Position numbers and translations under genes: made by a program. A DNA stretch of 64,000 nt from Bacillota bacterium. GTDB lineage: Bacteria > Bacillota > Bacilli > Alicyclobacillales > SLC66. Shown piece after piece: positions 1 through 11,527 of this stretch. The notes below the pieces were generated by a model, which was not told where the DNA came from, made no database searches, and saw only the letters and a program-made list of their open reading frames with translations. The DNA lies in contig JAKACX010000005.1 of NCBI GenBank assembly GCA_021821055.1, positions 14,695-78,694 of the forward strand, in the 5' to 3' direction. Every line of letters begins with the position of its first letter. Position 1 is the first letter of the stretch.

Positions 1-393
1 AAGATTGCGTCGCCGCAGGACGCCGCCACTTACCTGATGGACCGCTTGCGCTTCTTGCGCAAGGAGCATTTCGTCACGTTGCATCTTGACACGAAACATC
101 AAATTGTGGGTGAAGAGGTTGTGTCAGTGGGATCGCTGAATGCCTCCATCGTGCATCCGCGGGAGATTTTCAAGACGGCGCTCAAGCGCAGCGCCGCGGC
201 GGTGATCTGCGCCCACAATCATCCGAGCGGCGATCCGACGCCGAGCGAGGAAGACATTCAGGTCACGCAACGCCTTGTTGCCGCAGGGAAGATCCTTGGA
301 GTCGAGGTGCTTGATCACATCGTGATCGGTGACAAGCGGTATATAAGCTTGCGAGAACGCGGGTTAATGGCCTTGGCGACAAGCGACGTGTGA
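1..393 (+). CDS. radC: RadC-family JAB/MPN-domain protein, 3' part (5' end upstream of window)
   Basis: Frame open from base 1 ([18 protein letters not shown]...) to TGA 391-393; [18 protein letters not shown]-like motif; sits directly upstream of mreBCD as in Bacillus. Confidence 0.85.
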   Translation, partial: KIASPQDAATYLMDRLRFLRKEHFVTLHLDTKHQIVGEEVVSVGSLNASIVHPREIFKTALKRSAAAVICAHNHPSGDPTPSEEDIQVTQRLVAAGKILGVEVLDHIVIGDKRYISLRERGLMALATSDV

Positions 394-416
394 ATCAGAG
401 GGGAGTCGAGTGTTGG

Positions 417-1454
417 ATGTTCGGTAATTTGAGGGATATGGGGATAGATTTGGGTACTGCGAACACGCTCGTGTACATGAAGGGGCGCGGCATCGTCGTG
501 CGTGAGCCCTCGGTGGTCGCGATGAGGACGGACACGGGCACGATTCGCGCGGTGGGCGACGAGGCCAAGCGGATGATCGGCAGGACGCCGGGCAATATTG
601 TCGCCGTGCGGCCGATGAAAGACGGGGTCATCGCGGACTATGAAACGACAACGGCGATGATCCGGCATTTCATCCGGCAGGCGCTGAAGAAAAAGTCTAT
701 CTTTGCAGGCAAGCCGCGTGTCATCGTGGCGGTCCCGTCAGGGATCACGGCGGTCGAAAATCGCGCGGTGCTCGATGCGACCATCCAGGCGGGAGCGCGC
801 GAGGCCCAAACGATCGAAGAACCTATGGCGGCGGCGATCGGCGCGGGGCTGCCGGTCGGAGAGCCGACGGGCAGCATGGTTGTCGACATCGGCGGGGGCA
901 CGACTGAAGTGGCCATCATTTCGCTCGGGGGCATCGTCGCCAGTCGGTCGATTCGCGTTGCGGGCGACGAGATGGATGAAGCGATCATGAACCACATCAA
1001 GCGCAAGTACAATTTGATGATTGGGGAGCGCACCGCCGAGGAGTTGAAGATCTCCATCGGGTCGGCGCTTGTCGAGGAGGAGAATGAAGAGACGGACATC
1101 CGCGGGCGCGACCTGGTGACAGGGTTGCCGAAGACTGTCGCGATCACGGCCCGCGAGATGGCCGAGGCGCTCTCGGACACGGTGTCGGTGATTCTTGAGG
1201 CGGTGAAGGTGACGCTTGAAAAGTCTCCGCCGGAACTCGCCGCGGACATCATGGACAGGGGGATCGTGCTCACGGGCGGAGGCGCGCTCCTGCGCCACCT
1301 GGACCGGCACCTGTCGCGCGAAACGGGCATGCCGGTGATGGTGGCGGAGAATCCTTTGGACTGCGTCGTCATTGGCACGGGACGCGCCCTGGACAATATT
1401 GCCGTTTTGCGCGATCGCCGGAACGAAGCGGGCAGGCGCTACCGCGGCCGCTAG
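417..1454 (+). CDS. mreB: Rod-shape-determining actin homologue MreB
   Basis: [43 protein letters not shown] signatures; ATG 417 preceded by GGGGAG at 400-405 (track ORF begins at upstream GTG 390). Confidence 0.95.
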   Translation: MFGNLRDMGIDLGTANTLVYMKGRGIVVREPSVVAMRTDTGTIRAVGDEAKRMIGRTPGNIVAVRPMKDGVIADYETTTAMIRHFIRQALKKKSIFAGKPRVIVAVPSGITAVENRAVLDATIQAGAREAQTIEEPMAAAIGAGLPVGEPTGSMVVDIGGGTTEVAIISLGGIVASRSIRVAGDEMDEAIMNHIKRKYNLMIGERTAEELKISIGSALVEEENEETDIRGRDLVTGLPKTVAITAREMAEALSDTVSVILEAVKVTLEKSPPELAADIMDRGIVLTGGGALLRHLDRHLSRETGMPVMVAENPLDCVVIGTGRALDNIAVLRDRRNEAGRRYRGR

Positions 1455-1576
1455 GGAACTGTGACCATTCAAATCAGGGCAGGCGCGCACGGCGGCCGAC
1501 GTTGAATCATGGCGCCTGTATCCAGGACCTGAGCACATGTTCCTTGGTTCGTGCGTGACTGTCTGGATTCCAAGGA

Positions 1577-2452
1577 TTGGGAGAGGCTGTTGTGGGAAAG
1601 TTCTTTTCGGGTGCAAGACTGTTTGCCTTTTTGGGTGCGATCATCCTGCTTGTGATCCTGGCTGGCGTGTCTCTCCGGTCGCGGGGCGCTCGTCTTTCCC
1701 TGCCGGAGAAATTCGTCGTCGATGTATTCTCTTCTGCGAGCGGCGCGCTGTATCGCCCCACGTATGATGTTCTGACGTTTTTCCAGCGGTTGCGCGACCT
1801 GAACACGCTCTATGCGGAGACCGCGTCGCTCAAGCTGTTGGCGAACGAGAACGCCACACTGCGGATGCAGTTGACCGAGCAGAAACAGCAGATCGGGAAC
1901 CTGAAGCGGATGCTTCACTTTCAGTCCCACAGCCCCCAGTTCAGCCTGATTGCCGCGCAGGTGACGGGGCGCAGCCCGCTGACCTGGAATGCGGAGATCA
2001 CCGTGTCGGCCGGGAGCGCGCAAGGTGTGCGCCCCAACATGCCTCTTCTGAGCCAGGACGGAGCGTTGGTCGGCAGGATCGTGGCCGTTGCGCGATACAA
2101 CTCGACGGCTGTGCTGATGACCTCCACGCAGACGGCGGACGGCGTGTCGGCCACGATCGTGACGCCAGGCCAACCGCCGTTTGGCATCGTGACGGGATCC
2201 ACGTCGAATCCTGGAATGTTGATGATGCAGTTCATCTCGCAACTGTCGGCCAACGCGAAAGTCGGCGATCTCGTCGTCACGTCCGGACTCAGCAACATTT
2301 ACCCCAAAGGGATCCTGATCGGCCGCATCCGCGCCTTCACGGCCAATGGCTCCGGCATCACGCGTTCGGCGATTCTTTCGCCCGCCGCCAGCATGAACGA
2401 CATCACGTACGTGTTTGTGCTGGCGCCGCGCGCAGGGCAGGTGCTGCCGTGA
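1577..2452 (+). CDS. mreC: Rod-shape-determining protein MreC
   Basis: N-terminal TM helix, coiled coil (LKLLANENATLRMQLTEQKQQIGNLK), beta-rich C-domain; lies between mreB and mreD. Confidence 0.9.
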   Translation: MGEAVVGKFFSGARLFAFLGAIILLVILAGVSLRSRGARLSLPEKFVVDVFSSASGALYRPTYDVLTFFQRLRDLNTLYAETASLKLLANENATLRMQLTEQKQQIGNLKRMLHFQSHSPQFSLIAAQVTGRSPLTWNAEITVSAGSAQGVRPNMPLLSQDGALVGRIVAVARYNSTAVLMTSTQTADGVSATIVTPGQPPFGIVTGSTSNPGMLMMQFISQLSANAKVGDLVVTSGLSNIYPKGILIGRIRAFTANGSGITRSAILSPAASMNDITYVFVLAPRAGQVLP

Positions 2453-2961
2453 AATCCGCGTTGATGTTCGTTGTGCTGTTTGCCAGTCTGGCGGTTCAGG
2501 CGACCGTGCTCAGTCTGCCGCAGGTCCGCCTGTACGCGCCGAACATCGTTTTGATCGGCGTGGTGATGACGGGATTGCTGCGCGGTTCGACCATCGCGCT
2601 GTCATTCGGTTTTATCATCGGATTCATCGAGGATGCGAGCTACTCCAGCTTCCTAGGCGAGACGGCCTTCGCGTATGCGCTGACAGGATACCTTGTCGCC
2701 TACGTGCGCGGCCTCGTGATGCGGGAGAGTCTGCTGCTCGCGATGCTCCTTGCGGGGCTCGGCGAGGAGTTGTTCAACTGGATCACGTTTGGCGCGAGCA
2801 GACTGTTCGGATCCGTGGGCTGGTCGGTGCACACGATGCTCCTCTACTCATCGCGGACCTCGCTTGTCACGATGCTGTGCATGATCCTGCTGTACTCGCC
2901 GTATCGCCGCGCCTTCAAAATCCGGCAGCGCGCGACGTTCAACGGTGACGAACACTCTTAG
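2449..2961 (+). CDS. mreD: Rod-shape-determining membrane protein MreD
   Basis: 170-aa polytopic hydrophobic protein; GTGA start/stop overlap with mreC; conserved mreBCD order. Confidence 0.85.
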   Translation: MKSALMFVVLFASLAVQATVLSLPQVRLYAPNIVLIGVVMTGLLRGSTIALSFGFIIGFIEDASYSSFLGETAFAYALTGYLVAYVRGLVMRESLLLAMLLAGLGEELFNWITFGASRLFGSVGWSVHTMLLYSSRTSLVTMLCMILLYSPYRRAFKIRQRATFNGDEHS

Positions 2962-2997
2962 GGGAAACGGCGTAATTCGATCGGTCCGTCGCAGGCC
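2959..2997 (+). repeat. Partial copy (left-arm type) of the GGGGAACTGTGA repeat family
   Basis: TAGGGGAAACGGCGTAATTCGATCGGTCCGTCGCAGG; the 21-mer ATTCGATCGGTCCGTCGCAGG recurs at 17291-17311 and, with one mismatch, at 17220-17240; begins on the mreD TAG stop. Confidence 0.8.
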
Positions 2998-3008
2998 TGT
3001 CCAGCCGC

Positions 3009-5051
3009 ATGGATCGCGGGGCATTTGGCAAGGTTAGGAGCGTCAGCGGTGCGACTGGCCATCCTCGTCGTGAAGTTGGGGCTCCTATGGAACCAGAGAA
3101 GCAGCGCGGCGCCATCCGGCGGCGCCGGAGTCGATTGTCACTGCTGGAACGGATTGTCGCGGCGTCGGCGCTGCTGCTGATTGGCAGACTCGCTGTCCTC
3201 CAGGTGGCGCAGGGCGGTGACTTCAGCCGGTCGGCCGCGCGTAACCGCGCCGACGTCTTTGCGACGCCCGCGGCGCGGGGTTCAATTCTTGACGCCCGCC
3301 TTCGGCCGCTCGCATACGACGTGCCCAGTTACAGTCTGGGTTACATCCGAAACGGTCAGGCCATGCCGTCCGTTCCCGATGTCCGCCTTCTCGCCCGCTG
3401 CCTGCGTGTGCCGGGAGCCGCGCTGCAGCGCAAGTTTTCCGCGGCCGCGGGATCGATCCAGATCGTGCTGGCGAGTCATGTTTCCCCCGAGGCAGTCTCG
3501 ATGGTGCGTGAGCGCCAGGAAGACCTGCCGGGCGTAGAGGTCATTCCCGATCCGTTGCGCGTTTACCCCCTGGGCGACGTGGCGTCGCACGTGATCGGTT
3601 ATGTTAATTCTATTCCGGTTGCACAGCAGGGCGAGTATGTCCGTCGCCTGGGGTTTCCGCCCGACGCGAAGATCGGCTGGGGCGGGGTGGAACGTTCGTA
3701 TGAGGCGGTCCTGCGTGGCGTTCCCGGGCGTATCGCCGTCCAGGTGGACAGTGCGGGCATGCCCGTTCGCCAGTCGGCGGACGTTATCCCGCCCAGGCGG
3801 GGAGACTCCCTCGTGTTGACGCTGGACGCGGCCTACCAGCGGGACGTACAGCGCATGCTGGAGCGGCAGGTGCGCGTACTGCGCCAGCGCGGGCGAAAGG
3901 TGGCGCACGCGATGGCGGTGGCGCTGGATCCGCGGACAGGAGCGGTTCTCGCGATGGCCAGCTTCCCGTCCTATCGGCCTGAGTGGTTTGTGAAGGGGCT
4001 GTCGTATGACGTATACCACAACCAATTTGCTCCGGCCGAGCGCAATTGGGTCACGCAAGCGCCCGTCGCTCCCGGTTCCGCGGTCAAACCGTTGACGGCG
4101 CTGTTCGCGCTCGCGCAGGGAGCGATCCGCGAATCGACGCGCGCGGACTGCCGCGGAGGGCTGAAACTGCCGGAGTCCGGCGGGACGGTGATCCACTGCT
4201 GGGCGCGCCACGATCGGGTGGACGTCCGGTCCGCGCTCGCGGAGTCGTGCGACGTGTTCTTCTACAAGGCGAGCATGGCGTATGGGCACTGGCCGCCGCG
4301 CCCGGGCCTGTCCGTATCGGCGTGGCTGATGAGCGACAGACGGCTGGCGCTGCGCTCTCTTGAAGCGATGCAGCGCGCGTTCGGTCTCGGCGTGGACAGC
4401 GGAATCGACCTGCCTGACGCAGAGGTCGGCTTTGTCAATGACGGCTCGCGACTATTGACGGATCTGCCCTACACCGCCATCGGCCAAAACGAGGTGTTCA
4501 CGCCGCTGGAACTTGCGGTGTACACGGCGGCGCTTGCAAATGGCGGCCGTTTGGTCCGGCCGCATGTTGTGGACAGGGTGGTCGGCGCAGCGAAGCGGGG
4601 CCATGCGGCGTCGCTGCGATCGCCCACGGCGCCCACGGCGCCCACTCCAGCGCAACTCGGCGTGACCGCAAGGGCCATGCAGATTGTTCGGGAGGGCATG
4701 TACCTGGCCTGCAATCGACCCGATGGCACCGCGTATCGCACGTTCCATTCCGGCGCACCCATCCCGTACACCGTCGCTGGCAAGACCGGCACGGCGGAGA
4801 CCGGCGTGGCTGGATTCGACAACTCCGTGTTCGTCGGTTTTGCCCCGTATGACCGGCCGCGCATCGCCATTGCCGTGGTGATCCCGGGCGGCGGCCACGG
4901 CGCGGAGTCTACCGGCCCAATCGCCCGGGCGATGTTCGATCGATTCTTTGCCGCAACGAAGCAGGAAAATTCCAGAGCGGCGTGGAATACTCAAGTAGGA
5001 ACCAATGTCGCGGACCGAGGCGCGGCGGGAGGCAAGCGATGGGTAAGGTAG
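3009..5051 (+). CDS. Class B penicillin-binding protein (PBP2-type transpeptidase)
   Basis: TM anchor then transpeptidase motifs SAVK (GSAVKPLT), SCD, KTGT (AGKTGTAE); alternative start ATG 3087 (MEPEKQRG...). Confidence 0.9.
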   Translation: MDRGAFGKVRSVSGATGHPRREVGAPMEPEKQRGAIRRRRSRLSLLERIVAASALLLIGRLAVLQVAQGGDFSRSAARNRADVFATPAARGSILDARLRPLAYDVPSYSLGYIRNGQAMPSVPDVRLLARCLRVPGAALQRKFSAAAGSIQIVLASHVSPEAVSMVRERQEDLPGVEVIPDPLRVYPLGDVASHVIGYVNSIPVAQQGEYVRRLGFPPDAKIGWGGVERSYEAVLRGVPGRIAVQVDSAGMPVRQSADVIPPRRGDSLVLTLDAAYQRDVQRMLERQVRVLRQRGRKVAHAMAVALDPRTGAVLAMASFPSYRPEWFVKGLSYDVYHNQFAPAERNWVTQAPVAPGSAVKPLTALFALAQGAIRESTRADCRGGLKLPESGGTVIHCWARHDRVDVRSALAESCDVFFYKASMAYGHWPPRPGLSVSAWLMSDRRLALRSLEAMQRAFGLGVDSGIDLPDAEVGFVNDGSRLLTDLPYTAIGQNEVFTPLELAVYTAALANGGRLVRPHVVDRVVGAAKRGHAASLRSPTAPTAPTPAQLGVTARAMQIVREGMYLACNRPDGTAYRTFHSGAPIPYTVAGKTGTAETGVAGFDNSVFVGFAPYDRPRIAIAVVIPGGGHGAESTGPIARAMFDRFFAATKQENSRAAWNTQVGTNVADRGAAGGKRWVR

Positions 5052-5746
5052 CGAGGTTGGCGCGGGAGCGTTCCGCGCCGGGCCAGTTGGTGACGATCCG
5101 CGGGATTCGCAACGGGTTGTTGTTCGTGCTTGCGGAGGACGCCACGATTGCGGAATTGATCGATGAATTGGAGCGCCTGCTCCAGGGCAGTGAACGGGAG
5201 GGCGTCGGGGAAACGGCCGGGGTCACGGCGTACGTCGACCCTGGCGCGCGGCGTCTCACGGACGACGAATGCGATCTGCTGCGCGGGATTCTCACCGGGA
5301 AGGGCAACCTGGTGGTCAAGGGTTTCGCCGGGCCTCCCGCGGCGCTGGAGGAGTCGGTCAAACAACCATATATTTACAAAGGAACGGTACGTTCGGGCCA
5401 GGTGATCGAACACGACGGGGATGTCGTGGTGGTGGGAGACGTGAACGCCGGTGGGCGCGTGATTGCCGCGGGTGACGTTGTGGTCATGGGGCATCTGCGC
5501 GGATTTGCGCAGGCCGGGGCGGCGGGCGATGCGGCGGCGGTTGTCGCGGCCGTCTACTTCGAACCGCTCCAAGTGAGCATCGGCGATGTGACCAGGCGCG
5601 CGCCGGAGCGGCCCTCGCGCGGCGCGGAGATGGAATTCGCTTACCTCGAAGGCGCCGACATGGCGGTCGAGCGCATGGCCATGCTCGGACAACACCGGGC
5701 GCGTTCCGCCGCGAGACGCGCGCGCCACTCCCCTGGGGAACGGTGA
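5039..5746 (+). CDS. minC: Septum site-determining protein MinC
   Basis: ATG 5039 after GGGAGG (5026-5031); C-terminal beta-helix repeats (GDVVVVGDVNAGGRVIAAGDVVVMG); immediately upstream of minD. Confidence 0.9.
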   Translation: MGKVARLARERSAPGQLVTIRGIRNGLLFVLAEDATIAELIDELERLLQGSEREGVGETAGVTAYVDPGARRLTDDECDLLRGILTGKGNLVVKGFAGPPAALEESVKQPYIYKGTVRSGQVIEHDGDVVVVGDVNAGGRVIAAGDVVVMGHLRGFAQAGAAGDAAAVVAAVYFEPLQVSIGDVTRRAPERPSRGAEMEFAYLEGADMAVERMAMLGQHRARSAARRARHSPGER

Positions 5747-5783
5747 TGGATCGATATTTTGGGGGTTGGCGGGAGGAACGCTG

Positions 5784-6578
5784 ATGGGAGAGGCCATCGT
5801 GGTAACGTCAGGCAAGGGCGGGGTCGGCAAGACGACCTCCTCGGCCAATATCGGCACGGCCCTGGCGTTGATGGGGAAAAAGGTGTGCATGGTCGATACG
5901 GATATCGGCCTGCGCAATCTCGATGTAGTGATGGGGCTGGAAAACCGGATTCTGTTTGACATTGTCGATGTGGCGACCGGTCAGGCGCGCCTGGAGCAGG
6001 CCATGATCAAGGACAAGCGGTTTGACCACCTGTTCTTGCTTCCTGCAGCTCAGACGAAGGATAAATTGGCGCTCAGCGTGGATGCGATGCACAAGATCGT
6101 GCGTCTGCTCAAGCCGCAGTTTGACTTCGTGCTGATCGACTGTCCCGCCGGCATCGAGCATGGATTTCGGGTGGCGGTGTCGGCGGCCGACCAGGCCATT
6201 GTCGTCACGACGCCGGAGCAGGCTGCGGTGCGCGACGCGGACAGGGTGATCGGTCTGTTGGAAAAGGAGCAGATTCCCTCCCCCAAGCTGGTGATCAACC
6301 GCATTCGGCCAAGCATGGTGAGAAGCGGGGATATGCTTGACATTGATGATATTGTGGGCATTCTGTCGCTCGATCTGCTCGGAATCGTCCCGGACGACGA
6401 GCACGTGATCAAGGCCGCCAACCAAGGCGAGCCTACCGTGCTTCGCCCGGATTCACGCGCTTCGATCGCGTACCGCAACATTGCCCGCCGCATACTTGGA
6501 GAACCGGTGCCCCTCATGAACCTGGACGAGGAAGCGGGCTTCTTCCGGAAAATGTGGAAACGGATTGGGTTGGGCTAG
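5784..6578 (+). CDS. minD: Septum site-determining ATPase MinD
   Basis: MGEAIVVTSGKGGVGKTT deviant Walker A, C-terminal amphipathic helix (FFRKMWKRIGLG); GGGAGGA before ATG 5784. Confidence 0.95.
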   Translation: MGEAIVVTSGKGGVGKTTSSANIGTALALMGKKVCMVDTDIGLRNLDVVMGLENRILFDIVDVATGQARLEQAMIKDKRFDHLFLLPAAQTKDKLALSVDAMHKIVRLLKPQFDFVLIDCPAGIEHGFRVAVSAADQAIVVTTPEQAAVRDADRVIGLLEKEQIPSPKLVINRIRPSMVRSGDMLDIDDIVGILSLDLLGIVPDDEHVIKAANQGEPTVLRPDSRASIAYRNIARRILGEPVPLMNLDEEAGFFRKMWKRIGLG

Positions 6579-6606
6579 CGTCCGCCGGGAAGGGCGGCGT
6601 CGCGGC

Positions 6607-6633
6607 ATATAAGCCGGTTCGCTCACATAGAGT
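6607..6633 (+). promoter_or_regulatory. Possible sigma-E-type promoter for spoIVFA/FB
   Basis: ATATAA (6607-6612), 13 nt, CATAGAGT (6626-6633), resembling ATATT / CATACAnT; by eye only. Confidence 0.3.
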
Positions 6634-6686
6634 GGAATGGGAAGTTGTCCAATCTGCGATACTGTGAGCGAAGAGGGTGCTGGCCG

Positions 6687-7637
6687 ATGAAGCGCGCGCG
6701 CAAGGGCCGACAGGGCGACGTGACGACAGTTCGTCCCGAGTATTCGATTTCGCCGGATGACGATCTGTACGGGTCGCCGCGCTCGTGGATGGGCCTTTCG
6801 ATGACGTCCGGCGAAGAACAGGACGGAGCGTCCGACCGCCCGGCCCCGGCTGGGACGGCTGCTGAACCCGCGGAGCGTCTGCCCGCCGAGGCGTCGGAGT
6901 TGGCGCGGTACTACAGGGATCGGAAAGTGAACGAGTGGTGGCTCGGCGATCCTTCCTCCGATGAAGTGAAGGATGCCGCGGCGCCCCGCCATGGGCGCGC
7001 AACCAGGCGCCGCGCCGGCGGGGAGCGTGGGTTTCCGGGGGCGGCGGGAGGCCCGCAGACGCGGTCGCCGACGCTTACTTTGCAACTCATGGGTGCGGTC
7101 ACGCTGCTCGCGGCCGCGTTGCTGGTGTTTCACAGCACCCGTCCGCTGGCCCTGCAGGCGCAGCGCGACGTGCGCGCCATGTTCAAGGTCGACTACACGA
7201 GCATTGACCTTCCCGCGGCGGTTGCGCGGGTGTTCGGGAGCCTGCCGTCATCCGGGTCGCCGGCCGTACCGGCAACCGTGGCGCCGCTCGATTTTGTCAC
7301 GCCGCTAAAAGGGGCGATCGTCCGCTCCTTTTCCGTGGTCTCGCCGGAAGTGGTGATCGCCGGCCGTCCGGGATCGCCGGTCGTGGCGGCCGCAGACGGT
7401 CTGGTGGACAATGTGGGGGAGAGTCAGGCGAACGGCTACTATGTCACGATTGACCACGGCAGTTTTGGCCAGACGCTCTACGCTCATCTTTCGCGTCTCA
7501 CGGTTCACCAGCACGAGTACGTCGTGGCTGGGCAGACGATCGGCTATCTGCCGCACTCTGACGGTCGCCTGACGTTCGGGTACATCAAGGCCGGGTCGTA
7601 CCGCAATCCCCGCCAATTGCTTGATGCGGCCAAGTGA
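6687..7637 (+). CDS. spoIVFA: SpoIVFA-like protein with C-terminal LytM/M23 domain
   Basis: TM segment plus degenerate M23 domain (GYYVTIDHGSFGQTLYAHLS); position between minD and spoIVFB as in B. subtilis; start uncertain (TTG 6645 or ATG 6687). Confidence 0.7.
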   Translation: MKRARKGRQGDVTTVRPEYSISPDDDLYGSPRSWMGLSMTSGEEQDGASDRPAPAGTAAEPAERLPAEASELARYYRDRKVNEWWLGDPSSDEVKDAAAPRHGRATRRRAGGERGFPGAAGGPQTRSPTLTLQLMGAVTLLAAALLVFHSTRPLALQAQRDVRAMFKVDYTSIDLPAAVARVFGSLPSSGSPAVPATVAPLDFVTPLKGAIVRSFSVVSPEVVIAGRPGSPVVAAADGLVDNVGESQANGYYVTIDHGSFGQTLYAHLSRLTVHQHEYVVAGQTIGYLPHSDGRLTFGYIKAGSYRNPRQLLDAAK

Positions 7638-8505
7638 CGTGCGCCCGCCGCGGCTGCGGATCCACCCATTGTTTCTAGCCGTTGTCGGACTGGCGATTTA
7701 CGGTCGCTTTCTCGGAACGGTCGCCGTGTTGTTTTTCGTCGTGGTTCTCCACGAACTCGGCCATGTGCTTGCTGCGCGCTCTCTGGGTTACAGTACGGAG
7801 TACATCGAGCTGCTGCCGTTTGGCGGAGTGGCGAAACTGGCTTCGGGCAACATGGGATGGAACCCGCGCCACGAGACGCTGATCGCACTGTGCGGGCCGC
7901 TCGTCAACCTGTTGCTCGCGCTCACGTCGGTTGCCTGGCGTTTGCTCTTCCCGGAATGGTCGGCATGGACGCACGGGTTCGTCTCGATCAACCTGACGGT
8001 GCTGTTTTTCAATCTGCTGCCCGGACTGCCGCTTGACGGCGGCAGGATTGCGCGCGCCGGACTGTCCCTGACCAGAGGCTACGAGCGTGCGACAAGGCTG
8101 GTGCTGACCATGTCATTTTACCTCGCGGGAATGCTCGTCTTCATGGGCGCGAGCGCCCTTTGGCTGGGCTACCCGGACGCGGGGCTGCTGGCGCTCGGGG
8201 TGTTCCTGCTGGTGGCGGCGTACAGTCTGCGCCGGCACTCGCGGTACGACACCCTGCGCTTTCTGGACGCCAAGCGACGCGAGCGGGTGGCGCAACCGCT
8301 GCCCGTGCGTCTCCTCACGGCACCCGGCGCCACCAGTGTCGGCGCCGTCGCCGCAGAGTTCGCGCCAGGAGCGTACCACCTCGTCTACGTGTCGCGCGGC
8401 GAGGGCGGCGGTGGCGGGGATATGGAGTTGGTGGAGGAGTCCACGCTGCTCAAGGCCATCTTTGACGACGGAATGTGGACGGCGCCGATCTCCGAGTTGC
8501 TTTGA
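7621..8505 (+). CDS. spoIVFB: Site-2 intramembrane metalloprotease SpoIVFB (pro-sigma-K processing)
   Basis: HELGH ([12 protein letters not shown]) and [11 protein letters not shown] motifs in a polytopic protein; overlaps spoIVFA end. Confidence 0.8.
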   Translation: MMRPSDVRPPRLRIHPLFLAVVGLAIYGRFLGTVAVLFFVVVLHELGHVLAARSLGYSTEYIELLPFGGVAKLASGNMGWNPRHETLIALCGPLVNLLLALTSVAWRLLFPEWSAWTHGFVSINLTVLFFNLLPGLPLDGGRIARAGLSLTRGYERATRLVLTMSFYLAGMLVFMGASALWLGYPDAGLLALGVFLLVAAYSLRRHSRYDTLRFLDAKRRERVAQPLPVRLLTAPGATSVGAVAAEFAPGAYHLVYVSRGEGGGGGDMELVEESTLLKAIFDDGMWTAPISELL

Positions 8506-8629
8506 AATGGGGTATGTGTTACGATGTTACGAGTGCCGTCTTATGGGCGCCAACCGCTTGGTGCGGGCTCTTCAAACAGGGAAATCCTGTGCCTGGCAGC
8601 AGCGAGTCTACATGTGGGGGTTCACATCG
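8506..8629 (+). promoter_or_regulatory. 5' leader of rplU-prp-rpmA (possible L21-leader type element)
   Basis: 124-nt untranslated spacer with small hairpins (CCAAccgcTTGG, CAGGgaaatCCTG) ahead of rplU; Firmicutes are known to carry an L21 leader here; structure not verified. Confidence 0.35.
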
Positions 8630-8941
8630 GTGTACGCGATTATTGAAACAGGCGGCAAGCAGTTCAAGGTGGCGGAGGGCGCCACGCTGTACGTTGAGAA
8701 ACTGGATGCGGCGCCGGGTGAGAGTGTGACGTTTGACAAGGTGTTTCTCGTCGAGCGCGACGGAGATGTGGTGCTCGGCACTCCGCACGTTTCGGGAGCG
8801 ACGGTGACCGGGTCGATCGTGGAGCACGGGCGCGGCAAGAAGATCATCGTCTACAAGTACAAGTCCAAAAAGAACTATCGGCGGAAACAGGGTCATCGGC
8901 AGGCGTATACAAAAGTTAAAGTCACGGCGATCAACGGCTGA
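8630..8941 (+). CDS. rplU: 50S ribosomal protein L21
   Basis: GTG 8630 gives (M)[16 protein letters not shown]...; track ORF is an upstream in-frame extension. Confidence 0.9.
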   Translation: MYAIIETGGKQFKVAEGATLYVEKLDAAPGESVTFDKVFLVERDGDVVLGTPHVSGATVTGSIVEHGRGKKIIVYKYKSKKNYRRKQGHRQAYTKVKVTAING

Positions 8942-8947
8942 GCAGGC

Positions 8948-9286
8948 ATGATAACGGTGGGAGTCGCCTATGGGCGAGTCCGCGAAGGCGCGCGGGAGAT
9001 TGCCCGGATCCACGTGACGGGGCATGCCGGAGCGGGTGAATATGGTCGGGATTTGGTGTGTGCAGCCGTATCCGCTCTCGTGATCAACTTCATCAACAGC
9101 GCCGAGGCGGTGTGCGGCGTATCGCTTGAGGCCCGCGTCGCTCCGGGGGACGTTGCGGTCGAGGTGGACGGCGACGGTGGCGTGCAACTCCTGGCGCGAA
9201 GCCTTGTCGACGGACTCACGCGCCTGGCGGCGGAGCACGACGACTTTGTCAGGGTGACGGACGGCGGCGGCCGTGCGCGACTGTGA
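8948..9286 (+). CDS. prp: Ribosomal-processing cysteine protease Prp (YsxB family)
   Basis: 112 aa, HVTGHAG...DLVCAAVSAL (His/Cys dyad) between rplU and rpmA. Confidence 0.85.
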   Translation: MITVGVAYGRVREGAREIARIHVTGHAGAGEYGRDLVCAAVSALVINFINSAEAVCGVSLEARVAPGDVAVEVDGDGGVQLLARSLVDGLTRLAAEHDDFVRVTDGGGRARL

Positions 9287-9334
9287 ATGATGGATTGCAT
9301 GCGTAAAATAATAGGAATTGGCGGAGGGATCGGC

Positions 9335-9643
9335 ATGCTGCGTTTTGACTTGCAGTTGTTTGCCCATAAAAAAGGTGTGTCGTCGACGCGTAACGGCCGC
9401 GACAGCCATGCGCAGCGCCTTGGCGTGAAGCGCAGCGACGGACAGGTCGTGACCGGGGGCAGCATTCTGGTTCGCCAGCGCGGCACGCGGATCCATCCCG
9501 GCGTGAACGTTGGCCGGGGACGGGACGACACGCTCTTTGCAACGATCGACGGCAGGGTGAAGTTCGAACGCCTTGGCAAGGACCGCAAGCGGGTCAGCGT
9601 GTACCCTGTGGCGTTGCCGGAGGAAGTTGTCCAACAGGCTTGA
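9335..9643 (+). CDS. rpmA: 50S ribosomal protein L27 with Prp-cleaved N-extension
   Basis: ATG 9335 after GGAGGG; [10 protein letters not shown]|[14 protein letters not shown]... Confidence 0.95.
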   Translation: MLRFDLQLFAHKKGVSSTRNGRDSHAQRLGVKRSDGQVVTGGSILVRQRGTRIHPGVNVGRGRDDTLFATIDGRVKFERLGKDRKRVSVYPVALPEEVVQQA

Positions 9644-9716
9644 GCGGGAGCCCGTTTTCGGCCTGGGCGGAGTGTTCGGCAGGGCGGTGGGCCGGTTGGT
9701 CGGAAGTTCCAGACGC

Positions 9717-9747
9717 AAAACCCAGTTGCCTTGCGCGACTGGGTTTT
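9717..9747. terminator. Hairpin terminator after rpmA
   Basis: AAAACCCAGT-tgccttgcgcg-ACTGGGTTTT, 10-bp stem with A/T-tract ends. Confidence 0.5.
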
Positions 9748-9766
9748 ACTTGTGAAAGAGGGTTGA

Positions 9767-11053
<1,287 letters not shown>

Positions 11054-11071
11054 CGAACGGGGAGAGGCTGG

Positions 11072-11527
11072 ATGTACAAGGGCAATGAAGGTGTGACGCG
11101 CGATTTTGTGGCGACGGCGATCGTCGTTCACGAAGGGCGGATTGCTCTCCTGCTGCACGCCAAGCTCGGGCGCTGGCTGCCGCCCGGCGGGCACATTGAG
11201 CACCCGGAACTCCCGGAAGCCGCCGCGGTGCGCGAGACGAAGGAAGAACTGGGTATTGACATCGAAGTTGTGGCTCAACGCGAACCGCAGGGCTTTGCGC
11301 ACGCTCTTGCGCGGCCCGCGGGCGTGCAATTGGAGGACATCGGCCCGGGGCATCAGCATATCGATCTGTTGTATTTTGCACGGCCGCTCGGATCGGTGGA
11401 ACTCGTGCACAACGCCGAGGCGAGGGATTGCGGCTGGTTCACGTGCGCGCAGATGCGCGAGATGGGCGTCGACGACGAGGTTGTCGCCTGGAGTGAGAAG
11501 GCGTTGGCAGCGCTGTCCGGACCGTGA
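11072..11527 (+). CDS. NUDIX hydrolase
   Basis: Nudix box GGHIEHPELPEAAAVRETKEELGI (Gx5Ex7REUxEExGU). Confidence 0.8.
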   Translation: MYKGNEGVTRDFVATAIVVHEGRIALLLHAKLGRWLPPGGHIEHPELPEAAAVRETKEELGIDIEVVAQREPQGFAHALARPAGVQLEDIGPGHQHIDLLYFARPLGSVELVHNAEARDCGWFTCAQMREMGVDDEVVAWSEKALAALSGP

